Source of the DNA: Macrostomum lignano
Taxonomy: Eukaryota
Length of the DNA stretch: 64,000 bases
Assembly: GCA_002269645.1 (NCBI GenBank)
Contig: NIVC01000230.1
Coordinates: forward strand, 558,001 to 622,000
Reading direction: 5' to 3'
The position numbers were made by a program, and so were the translations under genes. The notes beneath the pieces were generated by a model. That model searched no databases, was not told where the DNA came from, and worked only from the letters and a program-made list of their open reading frames with translations. Below are positions 58,732-64,000 of this stretch, in pieces (within the stretch, counting starts at the first letter, position 1; every line of letters starts with the position of its first letter).

Positions 58732-61700
58732 TCAAGACATCACTTTTTGTACAGCGCGCTGTCCAGCCACAGTCCCAGCGCCTCGACGTCGCGGTCCTCC
58801 GCGCTCATGTCGAACCAGTTCGTCGCCGGCCCGGACTCTCCTCCACCGTCGAGTCGCTGATTTGCCAATGCCCGGTAGCGAGCTCTTGACCGGCTGTCCA
58901 CCTGCGAGTGAATGGGGATCGATACTGTATGTCTCACTCACACAGCAGTGAGGCAGAGCTGTCTCACTCTTACAGAGCTACACAAAACTCAGACCTGCTC
59001 ACTCAGCTGATTGCGAGAGTCTCACCTGTCCAACCTGAACTACCAGCAGGCGGCGTCTGAACGAGTTCGCAGCGAGGAAGGCTTGGAACTCGCACTGCAG
59101 CTCGGCCTCGTCTCTGAACCAACTGAGCAGGCCGTTGCTGAGCAGCAGCACGAACTGGCGAGTTCGCTTCATCATGAAGCTGTTGATGCGGCCGGCTGGC
59201 GAGGCGCCCTCGAAGTTTTCAGGCCAGCGATCAGCCAGGACCGCGTCGTTAGTACCGAGCCGAACGCCAGGGAGGCGACGAACGATGACCTCGACAACGG
59301 TGTTAGAGTTCGAATCTGGGTCGGCTCGGGACTCGGAGTCAGAGGCGGACTCCAGAGCGGACAGGATGAAGACCTCCGGCATTTTGTCCGAGTGGAACGG
59401 CGGCCAGTCCCGAATCGTGCCCAGAATGATGCGGCTTCCTAATGATGCGGCTTTAGGTAAGTAATTATATCAAAAGACACTGACATTGATATTTTTCTGT
59501 TCCAACTTAATTCGCCAAATGCGAGCATTACTGAAAACAAATTGATAAGCTTAAACTGTATTCTAAGCAAAACTGTAGTTGCGCTTGCTATTCAGGAAGA
59601 ATTGATTAATTCTTACGCATAAAATCCATCGTCTGATCAACGTCGACAACCAGCGGCTGCTCATCAGAAGTTAGATCTACCAGCTCCTTAGGTTCAGCCG
59701 CTGTTGAACTCTCAGTGCCAACGGTTGCCAGCGCCGCAGCTGTGGTAGTCTCTGGAACCACTGACTGATCAAACATGAGAACGGCGGCCGGATCTCGGTT
59801 TCGAATGCGCTCGATGAGTCGGTACTCCCAGTCCACCGACTTGTACACGATGTCGCTCCCTGCGAGGATTCTCTGCAGAGTGTGGAACGCCTCCACGTCC
59901 TCAGGTCCGAGCTGTCTCTGGCGCTGAAGCGACACTCTGCGCGAGCTCAGGCGCAGAAACACAATGTCCTTGAACGGATTCCGACCTACGCTGTCGAGCT
60001 CTCGAATCACCTGGCACAGAGCCAGGTACTGGGTGTCGAGGAACCTCTCGGTCAGAGCTACCACCACCTTGCCGCTGAACTTGGCTCCCTCAGCCGGACA
60101 GTCAAAGTAGGTGAGCGGACAGGAGCACAGGTCCGAGTAGAGGAAGCTCTCCGGAACGCACAGCTCGAGCTCGTCTCCGCCCGAGGCGCTGCGCACGCAG
60201 TTCAGCACGTCGACCAGACAGTCCTGGTCTCTGTCCGACGCCCACAGCATCGCGTCGTACGGCAGCGAGTCCCGAGATGCCTGATGCTGCAGTCGCCGAC
60301 TGCTCTGGTACTTGAGGAGGATGAGGACTCGAACAACGGCCAGCAGTCGGTGTCGACGGCGGACAGCGAGCATCGCGAGACCGAGCAGCACGAGACCAAA
60401 TGCTGAGGTAAGAACGATCACGACGATCTGCTTTCGCTGCTGTGCTGCTGAGTCCGCTATGAGCTCGCACACTTTGACAAGTCTGCCTTCATCACTCACT
60501 AATTGATAGTCTGTTGAGTTTTCTATCTTCTTACAGACGACGTTCCACTTGTGATCGTGACTGTTGACCTTACAGGCGTCAATTATGTCTTGGTCGACAC
60601 TGCAGGTCATACGTTGAAAGTCGGACACTACTTGTGTAGTTTTAGAGACCTGCAGAAGCGTTTGATGCAACTGCAGCCATTCTTTAGTGCAGGTGCAATG
60701 CCACGGGTTGTCACTTAGAGTGATGTCCATTAGACTCGGCAAGCAGTTCTCATCGAAAATCTCAACATCAAGTGTTGTCATGTCGTTGTTGTTTAGTGAT
60801 ATGTTTTGGGTGTTGTTCGCGAAAGTACATATCGACTCTTTTTTGAAACTCTTGATTCGATTGTGATCCAATTCAATCCGGGTTAGGCGGTGGTCGAAAT
60901 TAAAAGCCCCGTTCTCAATGTAAACAATGCCACTGTTGCTCAATTTCAGAAACTCCAGCTGTGCGGAAAAACTCTGAGGCTTCCACTTGAAGGTTCCAGA
61001 CGATATGTGGCGAAGACTGTCGACACCGTGGATGTCTGACATGTCAATTTTCTTTACTGGATAGTCGATAACCAACTGTGACAGACTGAGTGATTTGTTT
61101 TGACATTGTAAGTCGAAGAATGTCCAGTCTTCATTGTGATAACACGAGCATCCTGCCATGCAGTACACCCAGCACTTGGTAGGGTCCGTGCAGTTCTTAC
61201 TGGGCAGCTTGTGTTTCTTTTTGCCTTCAAAGTTGCAGAGAAATTGTACAGACTGCTGCTTGGCCTCACGGAGAGAGAGATTTACTTTGCCTCTGTCAGG
61301 ATCAAAAAACGTGCAGTTTGAGTCCATCTCCTCATCCGGAATTCGGGGATAATGGTATTCGCTATGTTCGGCCCACGGGGAATTCTCCTCCTCTTCGAAT
61401 GTCTTCATGTAGACACTGCCGCAGTCGCAGACTAAATTATTTTGCTGGTTCTTTGCGTACAGCACCACTCTGGAGCCCAGTGTCGTTCTCTTCGTCATAG
61501 TCATGCTGTCGTAGTAGATATGAAGCAATTGGTTGTGGCTGAGGTCAATGAAGTCCAGCATCTTAAGATTATTGAATGCACCTGTTTCAATCGCAGTAAT
61601 GCAATTATTGGCCAGCTTAACTCTGTGCAGTTGAGAAGATCTTGGCAAGGAGTCATTCTCGACGTTTCCTAATTGATTGTGCTGAATACTGATCTCCTCC

Positions 61701-64000
61701 AGTCGCTCTAGGCTTGACAGTAAGAAGTACATTAATTTATTATAGTCTAAGTTCAAAACAACAAGGCTGCCTTTTAAGCGGGACTTTGCGAACGCTTCCG
61801 GGTTTATGGTGGTAATCTGGTTGCCTTGGAGATGGAGCTCCGCCAATTGGACCTGCGAATGCCAAACATGTAGGAAGGCACCTTTTTAAATACTACGAGT
61901 ACAGCGTGTGCAAGTAAAGCTAGCAGGTTAATTTTTAATAAACGAATATGAAGGATCCCACACCATTTTAGTTCTACTTTGTCTTTGATAACCTTTCGTT
62001 TTGATTCTCGCTCTCCCGCCCCGCCTCTTACTTAGGGGCTGAGTAAGGGCTGAGCAAGGCAGTAACGTGGCCGACTCTCGAGCTTAAGTTCCGAGCGCGG
62101 CCACATTAATGTCTACTAAGCCTGCTCCGTGGGCCTCAGTGTAAAGTTTGTCAGCTCCACCCTTTCCCCTCGCGCCCTCCTCTCAACTCTCCCCCTCGCC
62201 CCATGCCGGGGTTTTTTTAACCCCGTATTTTCAGGCTTTGCCTTGGCACTGCGTGCAATGGTGCAATTGCTCTGATTTTCATTCTTTAGCTGTTTCAACA
62301 ACCATGGAAATTGCACGCGCACTACTAACAGCCAGACAGCTCAGAGCGGAGCTGGCCAAGCGCGGTCTACCAAACACAGGCTGCAAACAACAGCTCTACT
62401 AACGGCTATGCCACCACTTGTAGTCTGAAAGTCCCACAGCCGACTCTGATGGCTCCGGCGCGACTCTTGATGCAGGAATCATCGCCGACTTGTCAACAGG
62501 TGGGCACAAGGAACGAGGTGGGCACGGGGCGCTGCTGGCGAGGTTCTGCAGATGGAGGTCGAAGAGCTGGAAATCAAGGCGCTGACGCGGCGCCGTGCTC
62601 AACTGCAGCGGCAGTTCAACGATAACCAGACTGCTGCCTCCCTACTTAAAGGTGAGCCCACTGATTTTTCTTCTGGTGTGCATGAGGCCTATTTATCTTG
62701 CGCTGGTATATAGAGCGCGGTCAGTCGGCCAGAAAGAGCAGCCGGGCCTACCTGATCCGAGACTTTGTCAAGCCCAATGCAAATCAGTCAAGCGAGAGCC
62801 TGACCGCTTGTATGAGAACGGCAACTTGTTATTCAAGAAGCAGCTGCGAAACCCAAGCAAGATTTCCACCGGCCAATGAATCTCCGGTAATGCTCAAATC
62901 CTACAGCACCAGATTGATGACGGCTCGCTCATCTACACGAATGTCGACGGGTCTCTACCAGCGAGCTGAGAGGCTACCCAGTAGATCTGCGAACTTCTTG
63001 ACGCCAACTACAGCCCATATATTGCGGTGGGAGTTTGATAAAGTTTACAGGAAGCTACTGGCCGAGCCGGACTGACTGCCGGCTGTCAGTGGTTTAGCTG
63101 CAGGTGCCCGCATGTCTGCAAGCTGCCCGGCTGCGGTTAAGCCACACCCCACCCACCTGCATCGTCAAAGTAGCAATGTGGCGGAAGGATAAAAAACTAA
63201 AAGCAATTGCCTGTACCTTCCTGTCGCTGCTGTGTGGATTTTCGGGTTAACTTTTGTTTAACGCACGAACTATCAAAATAACGGAGCTCGAAAGCTCCAG
63301 GGTTAACGCCGTTTGACTCTCGTTCCACGATCGCTGGTTCGATTCCGTGCCCGACCACATTCATTTAAGGATCATGGCCCTTCAAATGGCCAAGGGTTGT
63401 CATGTGATTCACACCCATGATCGCCAATCTCCAAGGCACAGAGAGTGCACATGCCTGACGATTATAAAGTCAGGACCACTGTGCATGTACATTCTGTCTC
63501 AATAGTCATCAATAGTCAGCGGAATGGGCAGAACCGTTAGTTGTGTTACGATATCGCCGAAGGTGTTGCGCCAGGTTGCTTAAACCCTAATAAAAAATTA
63601 ACTAAGTAACTAAATTAGTTACTCACGTTATACCAGGGCTGAATTTCGCCGATCAATTCGATTCTATTGTAGGACAAGTCCAAAACCTTCAGAGTCTGCG
63701 CAGAGGCCCTGAACCAGTAGCAGTGTCTGTTCTTGCCCGTTCCGTTTTGTACCGGTGGACGCCAGCAGATCCAGTCGCGGTACAAGCCGGAGATGCGGTT
63801 GTGGCTCAGGTTGACAGTCTGGAGGTTCCCAAGCAGGCTAAGCGAATAGGGTATTTCATTAAGTTTATTGAAGCTGAGGTCCAAGTAACTCAGTCCGACG
63901 CCCCAAGGAACCTGTTTGCTCAAGTTCTGCTTATTTTCGCTCTTGTTAAACTCCTGATGACCAAACACCAACGAAAAGTCAATGTTATCGTTGTCCATCA
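58732..64000 (-). CDS. Toll-like receptor-like protein (LRRs, LRRCT/LRRNT clusters, TM, TIR-like, second TIR-like); exons from beyond 64000 to 63627, 61852-59617, 59438 (or 59450) to about 59001, and about 58930-58732; 5' end outside window
   Basis: LxxLxLxxN repeats, NNLVCDC and NPWHCTC caps, TM IVVIVLTSAFGLVLLGLAMLAV, and TIR box-1-like YDAMLWAS with KVVVALTERFL. The junctions YN|VQLAE (phase 0) and DFMR (phase 1) are GT-AG. The last exon frame is uncertain. Confidence 0.85.
62305..63075 (+). pseudogene. Decayed retroelement gag-like remnant with N-terminal SAP domain inside the TLR intron
   Basis: LTARQLRAELAKRGLPNTGCKQQLY*RL is SAP-like; downstream frames are interrupted by stops. No LTRs were identified. 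Confidence 0.4.

Overview
Eukaryotic (invertebrate) genomic DNA with GC-rich exons, AT-rich intergenic DNA and many mini- and microsatellites. The style resembles the flatworm Macrostomum, but that is inference only. Spliced gene models with phase-consistent GT-AG introns were built by hand for a Gfi-1/senseless-type C2H2 zinc-finger gene (+, 12043-16981), CHMP2A/Vps2 (-, 20399-21810), an orphan membrane protein (+, 24979-28426), WDR26/GID7 (-, 32652-38912), an MBLAC1-like metallo-beta-lactamase (+, 43506-45428) and a Toll-like receptor that runs off the right edge (-, about 58732 to beyond 64000). A decayed piggyBac element (about 47.3-52.0 kb) carries a nested 5'-truncated RTE LINE with a 10-bp target-site duplication. 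The most interesting signals are five. (1) A four-locus family of intronless helical proteins with a central Gly/Ala-rich hydrophobic hairpin, ApoL-like or alpha-pore-forming-toxin-like by inference; three loci share an upstream kappaB/STAT-like motif cluster. (2) Two of these loci sit beside a TLR-like gene that appears to splice into two tandem TIR-like domains. (3) A four-copy palindromic repeat with unique spacers lies just downstream of WDR26. (4) All 14 coding introns of the five complete spliced genes contain their own minisatellite. (5) Patches 5' of housekeeping genes are CpG-depleted. No database searches were possible, so all family assignments rest on recognised motifs.
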